This document shows, in pieces, positions 13,460-25,869 of a DNA stretch of 64,000 nucleotides. Made by a program: the position numbers and the translations under genes. Origin of the DNA: the human T2T-CHM13v2.0 reference genome, Homo sapiens; the NCBI RefSeq assembly GCF_009914755.1, contig NC_060932.1. One strand, 5' to 3'. Within the stretch, counting starts at the first letter, position 1; each line of letters begins with the position of its first letter. The notes beneath the pieces are model-generated. The model had not been told where the DNA came from, did no database searches, and was given only the letters and a program-made list of their open reading frames with translations.

Positions 13460-13995
13460 CTGTGGCTGGCCCCCAGATCAGCAGCATTGGCATCTTCTCT
13501 GGGATCTTGTTAGAAATGCAAAATCTTGCTCCCCCACCACTGAACTATTGAGTCAGAACCTCTAAAGATGGGGCATAGGAAACTGTTTGAACAAGCTCTT
13601 TAAGATAATTTATTTTATTTTTTTACTTTTTAGACAGAATCTCACTCTGTTGCACAGGCTGGAGTGCAGTGGTGCAATCTTGGCTCACTGCAGTCTCGAC
13701 CTCCTGAGCTCATGCAATCCTTCCTCCTCAGCCTCCTGAGTACCTGGGACTACACCAAGTACTTCCTCCTCTGCCTCCTGAGTACCTGAGACTACACCTG
13801 GGTGCCACCACACCTGGCTGATTTTTAAATTTTTTGTAGTGACTGGGTTTTGCCATGTTGCCCAGGCCTGTCTCAAACTTCTGAGCTCAAGTGAGCTGCC
13901 TGCCTCAGCCTCCCAAAGTGCTTGGATTACATGTGTGTGCCACTGCACCAGGCCTAAAAGAGATTTTTAAACACAATAAAGTTTGAGAACCACTG
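13460..13995. mobile_element. MER5A split by an AluJ
   Basis: cagcagcattggcatc...gatcttgttagaaatgcaaaatctt...gagtcagaacctct before the Alu; aaagtttgagaaccactg terminus after it. Confidence 0.85.
13608..13955 (-). mobile_element. AluJ with an internal 37-bp duplication
   Basis: Antisense AluJ; 13720-13756 repeated at 13762-13798. Confidence 0.9.
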
Positions 13996-14191
13996 CTATA
14001 GGGGGACCAAGGAGTTCGATGTGTTATTTGGAGACAGAGTAAGGGAGCTTAGATATTGGGAGAGAAGGTGGTAAGTGGATGAGGACTCTGAGCTAATCAG
14101 CACTATGGGATGTGGGGTCTTGGTGGGAAGAACAAGAAAAATAAGGTACTGGGACTATGGAGACAGTAGTGAGGTGGGAAATGGTCTATAG

Positions 14192-14435
14192 CAAGCTAGT
14201 TTAACCAATGGCCCATGGGCCGCATGCAGCCCAGACGGCTTTGAATGCGGCCCAACAGAAACTCATAAACTTTGTTAAAACATTATAAGATTTGTGTATG
14301 TGTGTATGTGTTTTGTTTTGTTTTTTGTTTTTTGCTCATGAGCTATCATTAGTATTAGTGTATTTTATGTGTGGCCCAAGAGAATTCTTCTTCTTCCAGT
14401 GTGGTCCAGGGAAGCCAAAAGATTGGACACTACTG
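14192..14435 (-). mobile_element. MER30 (hAT-Charlie MITE)
   Basis: Full MER30 match; 8-bp hAT-type TSD gtctatag (14184-14191) / gtctacag (14436-14443). Confidence 0.92.
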
Positions 14436-14959
14436 GTCTACAGTGAAGAGACCATGTTTGAATCTTAGCACTACTGGCTGAATGGTTGTAAGCTCCATAG
14501 GGTTAGATGATGATGGGGCGATTGTTACTTTTCTCTTAGGATTGTTTTGGGGTTGCAAAGCAAATTAATATGAGTGTGCCTGACATATAGTCAATGCTCA
14601 ATAAATAGTACTTGAATTTGAACTGAAGTGGGGAGCTGAGGGGATGGGGAAGAAGAGTGCTGAGGGAAGCAGTTCCTTTCACTCTCATGGTGACTCTGGC
14701 TCATTCAAGCAACTCCTGCCATTGACACTTCCCATTCCCAGAATCTAGGCAGCCTGAAACTACTTGAACAGATAAATTCTCAACTTGGACTTGTTTAAAC
14801 AATGAAGCAACTATTTTGCCTATCTTCTGTTGAGGCAAATTAAATAAATATACCTTGCAAAAGACAAAAGGAATAGGTTTCCTCAAAATTGTTGATTTTG
14901 CACCGTGTTGAGGTTGGAAGATGACCAGTGCAGCCCATGCAAACAAAGAATAAGGGTGT

Positions 14960-15200
14960 GTGGCAGAGTGAAAAGTACGGCATCATCTGCTCAGCAGGAG
15001 AAGACCTGGGCTTCAACCGACCCTGATCTGTGACTTCCTAGCTGGGTAGCCTTAGCAAGTTATTTAATCTCTCTGAATTGTGGGTTCTTCATTTGTAAAA
15101 GAGGGATAATTTCCCACCTTCCAGGATTGTAAGGATTGTAGAAAAATGTAGGTGAAAACATCCCTATTGGTACCAGGTACATGACAGCTGATAAGAAGTG
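14960..15200 (+). mobile_element. MIR
   Basis: agacctgggcttcaa...tagctgggtagccttagcaagttatttaatctctctgaa...ttcttcatttgtaaaagagggataat. Confidence 0.7.
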
Positions 15201-17599
15201 TTTTCTGAAGATCACTTTGATACCTAGCCTTTCCCCTGAATAAGGCCAAGGGAAGCTACTCCACTGCTTCACCTGAGCAATTCCACCTTTGGACGATTAA
15301 CATGGACCCTTTTGAAGAATTTGTATTGTTAATGGTCCCATATGTGTTTATGTAACACAGTTCCTTTGCATTTGGATCCTTCACATTCCCCACGTTTTCC
15401 TAGGCTGGGAAGAATGTTTGCAAAGCCTGTGGATCAGCTTCTCTATGCAACATAGGATGTTGTGGGCCCTGACTCTTTCTTACGTCTGGATTACAGGGTC
15501 AGGGAAGCTCTTCTCCTTTCCTATTATCTTGTGTTCAGAGACCTTGTAGCTGAAAATGGGATTTCTTTCTAGGCCAACATGAATAAGATTAAGACAAGAA
15601 GTTGCTGGGAAACAGTATCATTACACGGACCCCGATTCTATTGTAAGGCCAAGGGGATTGCAAAGTGGGGGCCCTTTTTAGTTTCTGTAATAGTCTCCAC
15701 TAGAAAGAGAGTGGGAGAGAAAGAAAAATCAAACAATCAGTCTTCTTTCTTGCCCCAGGCTCCATAATTTGCCTTTTACTTTCTGCATTTTCATATTTGA
15801 GTCTGAAAAGCAGAGGACCAAAACAATCAGCAACAGATGTCCTCATGAATCTGCATGTTACACGAATTCAGTTAGCATGCAAATTGTCATCCTAGGGCGA
15901 TTCCAGGGGACTGCTGAAAAAACAGCAGGCCTGCTCTGAAAAATAGATAGATGGCATGATTAAAATGTCTGGATCCAATCATATGTTTAATTACAATCCC
16001 TTTTTTATCTCAACTACAATGACTGGTAGCTATTATGACACAATATTGAAAATGTGTAAGACGCATGGTGGCATTTGGAAGGCTGATAGGTGGTCTGTGT
16101 TTGATCAAAATGATCAAAGCTTCTGGCAGTGGAAAGCCCCCTCTCCTTCTCTCTCGTCTGATGCACTTAGACGAGCAAAATATGATTTATAGGAGACAGT
16201 TTATGTGATTTTCATTCTCCAAGAGCAGGAGCATAATTTTTGTGCCACTGTTTTCCCTAGAAACATGGGAGCTTGACAATGCTCATAAACACATAGTAAC
16301 TGACGCTATTCCATGGTTGTCCACAGGCATCTCTCATGCTTCAGCTTTAATTTATTCCCATAGGTCCAAATACTTTCAAATTTTATTATTGGTACAATTA
16401 AAAAAAGACAAAATCTTAGTGCTGAGCACAGAGACTCTTGGTTATTTCATTCTAGTCATACCTTCAGATTGTATTTTTGAGACTTCAAATGAAACTAAAC
16501 GTAAACTTCTCACAAGATGGCATGTTAAGCATAAAGTTTAACTGCTTGGTTGATATAAATACTGAATTTTACTATAAAAAGTACTGAACCTGATATTCAG
16601 CTAAAGCAGCTATTGTGTCTATTATAAGAAAGAATTTACATTGGAATTTCTTTCTTTTTCTTTTTGTCTTTAGCTGGAACTCTGGAAAGCAGAGAAACAG
16701 GAAACATAAAACTAACTTGGTCAGCATGCCTCAACCTGGGATTTAAAATGATGTAACCAGCATTATGGGGGGAAACTGTTTGCCAAAAATTTGATGAAAA
16801 CATCCGGTATTAATTTGGACTACAATTTATCAGATAAAAGTCTTCTACACATTTCGCAGCTAGGTAGCAGTGTATTTTTCACATCTTGAAGGCTTTTGGT
16901 TAGAAATTTATACAAAACCTAGGTTGTAGTTTCTCTTATATACACTTGCTTTCATCTCTATTTTAGCTGGTATCCCACCCTACCATGTTCTCTTTTTACA
17001 TTGGTTATTGTCATCTATAGGGGGAAAAAAAAAACCCTCTTCACTAGCAATAGGAAATTGAATGAAGTGTTTATTGTGCTACTGTTCCGTACTCAGCACT
17101 GTGCTGGGGACAGCAGGGGCTTCAGCTGACTTGTTAAGGCTTGAATCCTGTCTTCGAGGACTTGACAGCCAAGTGCCAATTCTACAGTGAATCATCTGAG
17201 AAAGAAACAAAGATTAAGAGTTAAAGAAAAAGACAGATAAGGAGAGAGGTGAGGAGTTGGTGAGAGAGGGAGGGAAAAATTATGGGTAAGAGGGTGAGCA
17301 GAAAGAACAGTCAGAATCCTCTAATCTTTTATCAGCTTTCACCTGCTACTACAGGTTCCCAGGGAAGGTTGGTGGCTATGGGTGTGTTTGAGGGTGAACA
17401 GGATTCCAGGGAAAAGTGCACCATTAACTTAACTGCTCTAAGCTTTTGGCTCCAAACACTTTTGTTAATTCTAGCCATGAGAAGCTGAGATGTACCCTGG
17501 GAAAGTCAAAAATTGTGCCTTTGTGTTCCAAGATTGACCCTAAAAACAGTGACCTATTTAGCTCTTACCCCAATTCAGCCCTTTTAGATCCTATACCAA

Positions 17600-17822
17600 C
17601 TACTATCTTTCATTGCGCTCCTACCATATGCCAGGCATTGTACTAAGTACTTCATAGGTGGTTTTTTTCTCATCTAGTCCTCACAAAACTCCCCTTTGAT
17701 GTAAGTACCTTTTGCCTCAAATTTCAGGTGAAGAAAGTAAGACACAGAGAAGCTAAGCAACTTTCCCCTGGTCAGGGCTCAAGTAGTCCACATTCAGAAC
17801 CTGGGTGTTTAACTACTGTACT
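17600..17822 (-). mobile_element. MIR
   Basis: ctaccatatgccaggcattgtactaagtact...caggtgaagaaagtaagacacagagaagctaagcaactt. Confidence 0.7.
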
Positions 17823-18285
17823 GAGCTATCCAAGTATACACTAACAGTAAGAAAATAAACCTAAAGAAAGATTGATAAACTTAACAAGAGAAAAAGACGG
17901 TACTTACCCCAATATAGTCTTACTCTATTCCTGCCACTGACACTTTTATCCCTTCATAACACAAGCCAGTTTTATTCTAGTCTCTGCTTGTGTTTAACCC
18001 CACCCTCCTCTTTGGGAGAAGGATGGAGATGGGGTGTGTGAGATGGTCCTTGTCATAAAGTGTGTGTTGTAATGATGAGATGGAAGGTTGAAGTTGGAAT
18101 AATTGCGGTAGAACTTAAGCTCGTTTCGAAAAACGAGCAGAAGCTGCCTAAGAAGTGAGGAGCAGGAGGACATTGCCATTTGTGTAGAAAGAGTATCTAG
18201 AGGAATGGAGGGGGCGGCCTGAATATAGATGAAGGGTAGGGGCCATTGTGGGGTTTCTGCAGAGCCACAATCCCAGCAGGGATGA

Positions 18286-18407
18286 ATGGCTGGTGAAGAG
18301 TAGGAGAGGGACATTAGGGAGGAACTTATATCAGGTTCCCTTAACTTCCCAGGTTGCCTACACACTCTCCCCACTGGTGGGCAGATGGTATTTTGGAAAA
18401 GGCTGGG
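18286..18407 (+). repeat. Donor copy of a local 122-bp dispersed duplication
   Basis: Aligns without gaps to 20275-20396; 11 mismatches by manual count (~91% identity). Confidence 0.95.
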
Positions 18408-19259
18408 TATTGAGACAGTGCGGCATGGAGTTCTCATACAGCCCCACAGTGGGGAAGATGCTGGGATTGCCCCAGGGGCAGAAGGGAACCTTCAGAGTTT
18501 CCACAAGTTGGTTAATGAGAAGCCAGCAGAGTTGTTGCTAGGCAGAAATAGATCATAAAGGAGCCTTAGAAGAGGATGACCAGCAAAATTAATTGGCAGA
18601 AGATGGCAGAATGTTGATCGCCACAGCTGCATGTGTGTTGCAGAATGTCAGCTACTTTTATTCCCTAAGAAACTTGCTTCTCTTGGTAAAGCAATGAGAA
18701 TGGTTACCAAATGTGACTGCTTCGGGGGGTTCAGAGCCCCTTGTGTGTTCTGAGAAATTAGATCAAGGCTCCATAGGGCAGTCTACATCCATGCAGTGAT
18801 GCTAATGTGCTCTCCAAACCCAGTCACCTCATGGTGAAAGAAAGACTTTAACTTAATAGTGTTTATACTTTCTAGGAGTGTGCTGCCTCATGTGTGTAGT
18901 CAAATATGAGCTGATTTCCCCACCCTTAGTCACACCCAATGGTACATTGTTCTCCAGGTCTAGAGATAGACCTGCCCTGATGCCCCTGTGCCTACTCTCT
19001 CACCCCCATTCTCCTTCCTGCCAGTGAAACTTTGTCGCAAATTTGGGTTATGGCTCATTCTGTGACTCCGGAGTTTTCATGAGTCCATTAGCAGCACAAT
19101 CTGAGTCAAGCTTCCAGGCATAATGAGAAAAGCATCCTTTTACCTTGGGGCTTAATGAGAGCCTTTCCCAAAGGAAGCCTAAACCTATTCTTGGTTGAAA
19201 TAACTTAGAAAGCATTTACTTTGGTTCATATTTAAAACTCAAACACACTCTAATATCAT

Positions 19260-19712
19260 TGTATTCATTTTCCGGGGCTGCTGTAACAAATTATCACAAA
19301 CTGGGTGGCTTACAACAACAGAGTGTTCTCTCACAGTTCTGGAGGCCAGAAGTCTGAAATCAAGGTGTTAGCAGGGTCATGCTCCCCACAAAAGCTCTAG
19401 GGGAGAACTCCTTCTTGCCTCTTCCAACTTCTGCTGGGTCCAGGAATTCCTTGGCTGCATGAATCTAATTTTTGGCTTTGTCATCTTCATATGGCTTCTC
19501 CTCTCTGTGTCTCTGTCTTCTTTCTATCTCTTATAAGAACACCTGCCATTGGATTTAGGGGCCACTTAACTGATCCAGGATGATCTCATCTCAAGATCCT
19601 TAACTTAGTTACATCTGCAAAGAACCTTTTTCCAAATAAGATCATATACACAGGTCCCAGGGGTTAGGAAGTGGACATATCTTTTTGGGGGCCATCATTC
19701 AATCCAGTAAAA
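19260..19712 (-). mobile_element. MLT1 (B/C/D-like) MaLR solo LTR
   Basis: tgtattcattttccggggctgctgtaacaaattatcacaaactgggtggctt...ttctggaggccagaagtctgaaatcaaggtgt...ttacatctgcaaag...ccatcattcaatcc. Confidence 0.9.
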
Positions 19713-20262
19713 TGATATTCTCTACATAGGCTTCTTTTTGGAAAGAGTGTACTCAACAAATGTCAGATATATCAAATGCTTTAAGTTAGTCTACTTATAA
19801 TGTAGAATGGTTCAGGGGCATTACTGGTTGATGACTAGGAAAGATATTTCCATTTCTTTACATTTAAAAACCCTGTGTTTGAGTCCTGGGTCCACTATTT
19901 GCCAGTTGCCGATAGGTCTCTCCTTTGCCAGATCCCTAACTCCTTTGTCTGACATAGAAGCTGATCATTTCAGATGTTGGTGGGATAAAATGCCACATGA
20001 TCTACTTTGTAAACTGAGGAGTGGCACACAAGAATAAGGCAGAGGAGTTTAATGTTGTTGGAAAAGCATGAAAACTTGCAAAGTGGTTCGTTTTGTGGGT
20101 GGAATTCTAAAACAATGCTTTTGGGTCTGTGAAACCATTGAGGTTTATATCATACCACTTCAGTTCAACTCTTCTAGTATGAAACAACTAATTTTGAGTT
20201 AGCAGAATTTCCTCCCAATAAACTACATAGACAAGTACTCTGTCAAAAAACGTCTGTTTTTG

Positions 20263-20417
20263 TTGTTACCTAACATGCCTGGTGGAGAGTAGGAGAGGGA
20301 CATTAGGGAGGAACTTATATCAGTTTCCCTTAACTTCCCAGGTTGCAAGCACGCTCTCCCCACTTGCGGGCAGATAGTATTTTGGAAGAGGCTGGGCAAG
20401 ATATTGTTACCTAACAT
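20263..20417 (+). repeat. Recipient copy of the 122-bp duplication, flanked by a 14-bp direct repeat
   Basis: ttgttacctaacat at 20263-20276 and 20404-20417 brackets the copy of 18286-18407. Confidence 0.92.
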
Positions 20418-22690
20418 CTTACCATTAGATGTTTTTTGACAGAGTACATGCAGTCCTTGGTACATGCTTTAGTCCTCAGAAAATAGCTCTACATAGCAAA
20501 ATGTGTCTTGATTTGGTCATCTGTATTGTGCTTTCTGTCATTCAGCACTTATGGCCTATAGTAACAAAAGCAGAATCAGCAGTTTATGAAAGCCCTGCAG
20601 ACTTATGGGAAGGTGACTTTGTTGGATAAACACATTTAACTGCAGGGTTTTTATCACTGCAAAATCATACACCAGAGAAATGTTAATGCACAGAGATGAT
20701 CTTTAAATTAAAGTGCTAAGACTGGAGTTTCAAAGCCATTTGTTTTAATGGTGCCTCATTAGCTGTTAAAAAAAAAAACTTTTGAGTGGCTATTTTATCT
20801 TACAAATGTTAAATATTCTTTGTAGACAGGAACTGTCTGTTAAAGTAATATTTGACATCTATCAAATCAAAAATACTTTACAATGAAAGGCTGACATCTG
20901 TTTACTATATAGAAAAGGGGTGCTGTGTATTTTTACTAGAAGGATTTTCCTTTAATAAGGCAGCCAAAAGTCATCTACACACACCAAACCGATTTATAGC
21001 CAAAACCTGTTGAATACCAACACAGCATCATGGCTGCTTAGCAATCCATTTCCCCCCCCGGTATTACTCTGACGTTGGCATTAAATTGTATAGGAGATAT
21101 GTTTGTCTTTTTTTAAGGAAAAAATATAATAGCAATTTTATTAAATCTGGGTTAATTATTAATTTGGTGGACCTTAATCTTTTTAGTGCTCTCAACTTTG
21201 CTTCCATTATATTGGCAATTGATCTTCCTTATTTAAGAAGATCAAATTACAACTGAGCTGTTTTTATATTTTTTCAATCAATGCAAGCAATGGCAAGCAG
21301 TCTGTATGTTTGGCCTATTCCACCTGAGATCTGTTTAAGCCACGCAATTAGGAGGAGATCAGACAGAAGGGAGTCAACTTGGTAGAGAGTTTAAATCTGT
21401 GTGTAATCTCACACAGGTGCTGCTTCCTGTGCTCTGGAAAAGCCCTCATCACAAAACAGGACAACTGAGCCACACCTGGGTTTAAGCAGAACATCTGGAC
21501 CTACTCTTTCTTACTCGCTCATGTTCTTCAAATCTTCCCTAAACAAATGGTGCTTTAGTGCAGGTCTGACACCAGAGATTTGTAAGCCCAATGTGTACTG
21601 CCAAATTCAGTTTGACACAAAACACAGCTACTCTTCTTGAATCAAATACATTACAGATATGATACCCCAGTCACATATTTCAATTAGTCAAACCTTAAGT
21701 AATTTATGGAGATCATTTCCACCAGTAGTAATAAATTTCCTAATGGCATTAACAATTAAACAGGGAATTTGAAGGAAAGGTTGAAGTACATATCTATTAA
21801 ATTCTCATTCATTGGTCATATGCTCTTTTTTTTTCTAGTCATACAACCATTGACCAGGAAAGCCCTGAAAATAAAATATGGATGTAGATATAATTAATAG
21901 AATGCCAGTTTAAATAGGTCCTGGTTTCCTTAGGAAAAAGTACGTATTTGTTGAACTCAGTTACTTCTTAGATGTACAATTCTGAGATAGTTTTGCAATT
22001 AATTAATAACTATGTAAGTTAAGTATAATCTGGACCTAGCATTTTGTTAGAATAGCTCAACTCACACTTCAGCAAACCACCAATGTAATATGTGCAGCCT
22101 TATACATGGCTTTTCAGTAGTATTTTATGTGGAATTTTGACATTTCATATCAAGTGGAAACCAGGGAGTGGGAATGGTCAGCATGAAGCATGAATGTTAT
22201 AAAGGGGTAGGCAACAATGGGGATTGTGTAGAGGGTATCATTTATAGATGTGCACAGTTTGGGTAAACACATCTAAATATATCCTACAGTATGAATATTT
22301 TGAATTGCTAACCAGTTCACAACAGTGAGTTATTACACTTGCTATGACGTTCTGCTTATTGTTTGAATTCCTTGGATTCAGTTGGTATGAGTGAAGTTCA
22401 CCATCCTCAAGAAGGTTTGAGAGTAGAGAGGTAGGAGGGATTAGGGATTGAAGTCATGATGGGATGGAAGGTATGATGGAGAAGGAACACAAAGAGGACC
22501 TGTCACTCATACCACCTTGTAATAATACAGAAGGAGGCTCTGGAAGGTTCAGAATGCATTCTCAACTCTAAGGGGTGTTGATAGTTTAGCAGATAGTTCT
22601 GCAGCACAAAATGATGCCTTATTTCCTAAAGGATCAGGACAGACAGAGACTCCTTATCCTTTGGAATTCAGGGTAACCTGAGTCTGTTCA

Positions 22691-22744
22691 GGTACTCCCA
22701 AGGTGGAGCTCATGAGCTCATGAGCTCGGGTACTCCCAAGGTGG
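22691..22744. repeat. 16-bp direct repeat flanking a perfect 22-bp palindrome
   Basis: ggtactcccaaggtgg (22691-22706, 22729-22744) around gagctcatgagctcatgagctc (22706-22727). Confidence 0.95.
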
Positions 22745-25611
22745 GCCTTTCAGAAGAGCAAATTCATTTGTCTTGACTTTGTAGTGATGCAACTTGGTAC
22801 TGAATCAAACTCAAGTGGTTAGTCATTCAAATAATGGCAGCACTTGATTTTCATTCCCAAAAGTCTCTCTTCATCATAGTTTTTTGTTGTTTTTGGGTGG
22901 ATGCATGTTTATGATATTGAATATGTGAACTAAATAGGCTTTCAGGTTTGAGAATTCAGAAGTTGGTAGTATCTGTAACAACGTACTATGCTTTCAAAGT
23001 AATTGAGATAGTAATAGGTTTTTTTCCTCTGACTCTTATATTTTGTGATGTGAATAGATAAGTTACCCATATCAAAGTTAAAGTTTTCTTATGTCACTTT
23101 CTTGTATCCAGAAGAAGTAAAGAATAGGCATTAGAAGGATTGCAGACAGCATGGGAGTGGAAAAGAAAAGCAAAGACTTTTATAAAGTGAAAAGCAGGCT
23201 AGTGTGAGTATACAAAAATAGAAGCTGAAGTGCTTCAGCATATAGGCATACAGATAATCTTTTTAAGATTACTAAGAAAGGTAAAGGACTAGGAGGAAAA
23301 AACAATGTTCAAATTTAACAATTTGAAGAGAAATGGCTCTTCCAAGAGGAAAATGTGGTATAAGAGAGACATAGGATATCTTCTCTACAATTGAATGAGG
23401 GTCAAATAATTTTTGTCTAGGAAGAATAAGTTCTGAAATACATGTCTAATGGAGTATCTGTGGGAGCTTCCGAAGATGTAAAGAGAGAAAAGTGGAGTAA
23501 CCCAGGTTATAAATAGTGGGGTTAACACATTATCCGAGTAGTAGAAAATGAGTTTCTTAAAGGTAGAGATTATGGCCTGGATATATTTGATTTCCCAGAC
23601 CCTGGCACAAGCCCTGGCACATAGTACGTACTCAGTGTTTGAAGAATGAGCAGAGCTGTAAAGTTGTAAAAACTTCAGCCAGGATGGGAAATTAGCAAGG
23701 ATGGGAAAGTATTTGTTAGACAGTAGGGTAAGAATAGGGAAAAAGATGACTTTCTGAATTAAAAAAACTTTAAAATATAATACAAACTAGCCTTTTTATG
23801 GATGAAATTTAGGTTGTAAAAGTTAATTCAAAAATCCTTGTTGGAAAATATCTTTTAAAGTTTCAGATCGTGTTTTCCAGTTAAAACATGCTCATTTGAG
23901 AATAAAAACACAACATAAAATTACATGGCCCTATTGGATAGTTTTGGAACAAAAAGACTGAGAAAAAGCTGGATATCATTCATATTTCTGATTGACAGCT
24001 CCATTCCACCTAGTGTTTCTGGTGAGATGACACAATGCTTTTCCTGTGCATCCACTTTCTAAAAATGAGAGTATATTTTTTCTACATGTGATCCAAGGGG
24101 GAAATACCTTCTTTCTTTCCTTCTCCTTTTTTTTTTAAACTACTGTCTATTTCTCCAGGTGCTATCAATAAGGTATTTTATAGATGGAGAAAATAAGGAA
24201 AGATTTGGTTGGTTAAGAAACTTGAGGTCTGTAGAATTTTAGCGAAGTCCTTGGAAATGATTTAGCGTTGTGCTTATTCAAGAGACAAAGCAAGAAAAAG
24301 AGCCTGCAATGGAACAGTAAGGAAATCTAGTTCTTAATTTTGGTGTTTCCTGAAAGGATTGATCTATTTGATATTAGGAAGACAAAAATATTCAGAATTA
24401 CAGTCTTTATTTCTTCATGAGCTGGCTAAAAGAGAAAGCTTTACCTCCCTTTGTGGCTGACGGAGGCTCACACCAGCAGGTCAGTTGAGTAGCTGCCTCT
24501 CTGTGCTGGGCCCAATAGAGAGATCAGCCTCTTCACTTTCCTTTAGAGTCTTTAGGAGAACACAGGTTGGTCTCAGAGCTATTCTTTTATGTTTTTGTTA
24601 AATCTCTAAGGTTGAGGTTGATTAACTTTTAGATTAAGCCACACTTTGAGATGAAGTTTAAAATGTCTTAACCTTCAAATAGGAATGGAATTCTCACCAG
24701 TCATTATTTGAACTCACTGATGTTACAAATTTGTGGACGGATGTTATCCATTAAGGTGAAAGCAGAAAAGGGCTATAAAATTGACTCTGAAGGCTAAGTA
24801 CTTTACCTCCAGGGAAGCACATATAAAACTCTGTTCTGAGCCGTATATATAGTAATAGTTAAGGTTTTGAACACCTGGTTCTTAACTGGCCTGGTAAAGT
24901 CATATAAAATACTGACATACCTTCTACTTACTGTTATTTTGATCTTTAGGCAGGTTACTATTTTTATGATATGTGCTTAGGAATTTAGCCTCAGTGATCA
25001 GTCAACTCAGAGGGCATTCACTGAATGCCAAACATGTGCCACTATAGAGGTAAAATTAAGTTTTGGGGTTAAGACTACATTTCTCAGTACCTGAATTGGC
25101 TTAATTCTTGGATTAAATGGAATAATCAGTAGTTCTTAACACCCTTTCCCAGTGATTTGACAAGTACACATTTTTCAGAGTGTTCAAAATCTACGAGGTG
25201 CTGCCTGCCTGGTTTAGTTAGTTGAGCCAGTTGGAAATATGGAATTAATGAGGCCAAAGTTCAATTCCCATATGGCCTAGGTCATTCTGTATTAGAAAAA
25301 CTGTTCCATAACCACAGGCTGTATCTCTAACATCAACTAGCTTCTTGATTTTCCAACAATAGCCGTGGTTCAAAAGAAGGACCACTCTAGGGTAATTGGG
25401 GCTCAAGGAAAATCATTTAGCATTCTTTAAAAATAATTTAAAGTTCATGTACTGTGATGACAATTCCGTAGTATCACCTCTGTCAATAAACATCATCATA
25501 GTTTATTGTATAGGTCTGCACAAATAGGAGAAGATAGAACACAACATCATCATCATCATAAAAGTCTAATTTCTCTGTGTATAATAGGATGTATGGGAAA
25601 CAATGGATAGT

Positions 25612-25869
25612 TTTTTAGTTGATACATAATATTTTTACATATTTATAGGGCATATGTAGTATTTTGTTATATAATTGGAATGTGTAATGATCCGGGTGTT
25701 TAGTATAACCATCAACTTGGGCATTTACCATTCCAATGTGTTGAGAACATTTCAAGTCTTCCCTTCTAGCTATTTTGAAATATATGATACATTGTTGTTA
25801 ACTATTATCACCCTACTTTACTATCAAACATTAGCATTTATCCCTTCTATCTAACTGTATATTAGTACC
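25612..25869 (-). mobile_element. L1MA-type 3' end
   Basis: ttttagttgatacataatatttttacatatttatagggcatatg...gagaacatttcaagtcttcccttctagctattttgaaatatatgatacattgttgttaactat. Confidence 0.8.

Noticed and set aside
11211-14435. Two MER30 copies 3 kb apart in the same orientation as a possible composite transposon or segmental duplication
   Set aside because: Flanks are unrelated and the second copy has its own 8-bp TSD, so they are independent insertions.
17994-20465. Two ORFs sharing PSLFQNTICP...GKLRE.DISSSLMSLSYS, suggesting paralogous genes
   Set aside because: The similarity is fully explained by the 122-bp DNA duplication; no splice or homology support for coding.
24106-24178. Possible 14-nt microexon (ctccag|gtgctatcaataag|gtattt)
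   Set aside because: Not frame-preserving, weak donor, no other support.
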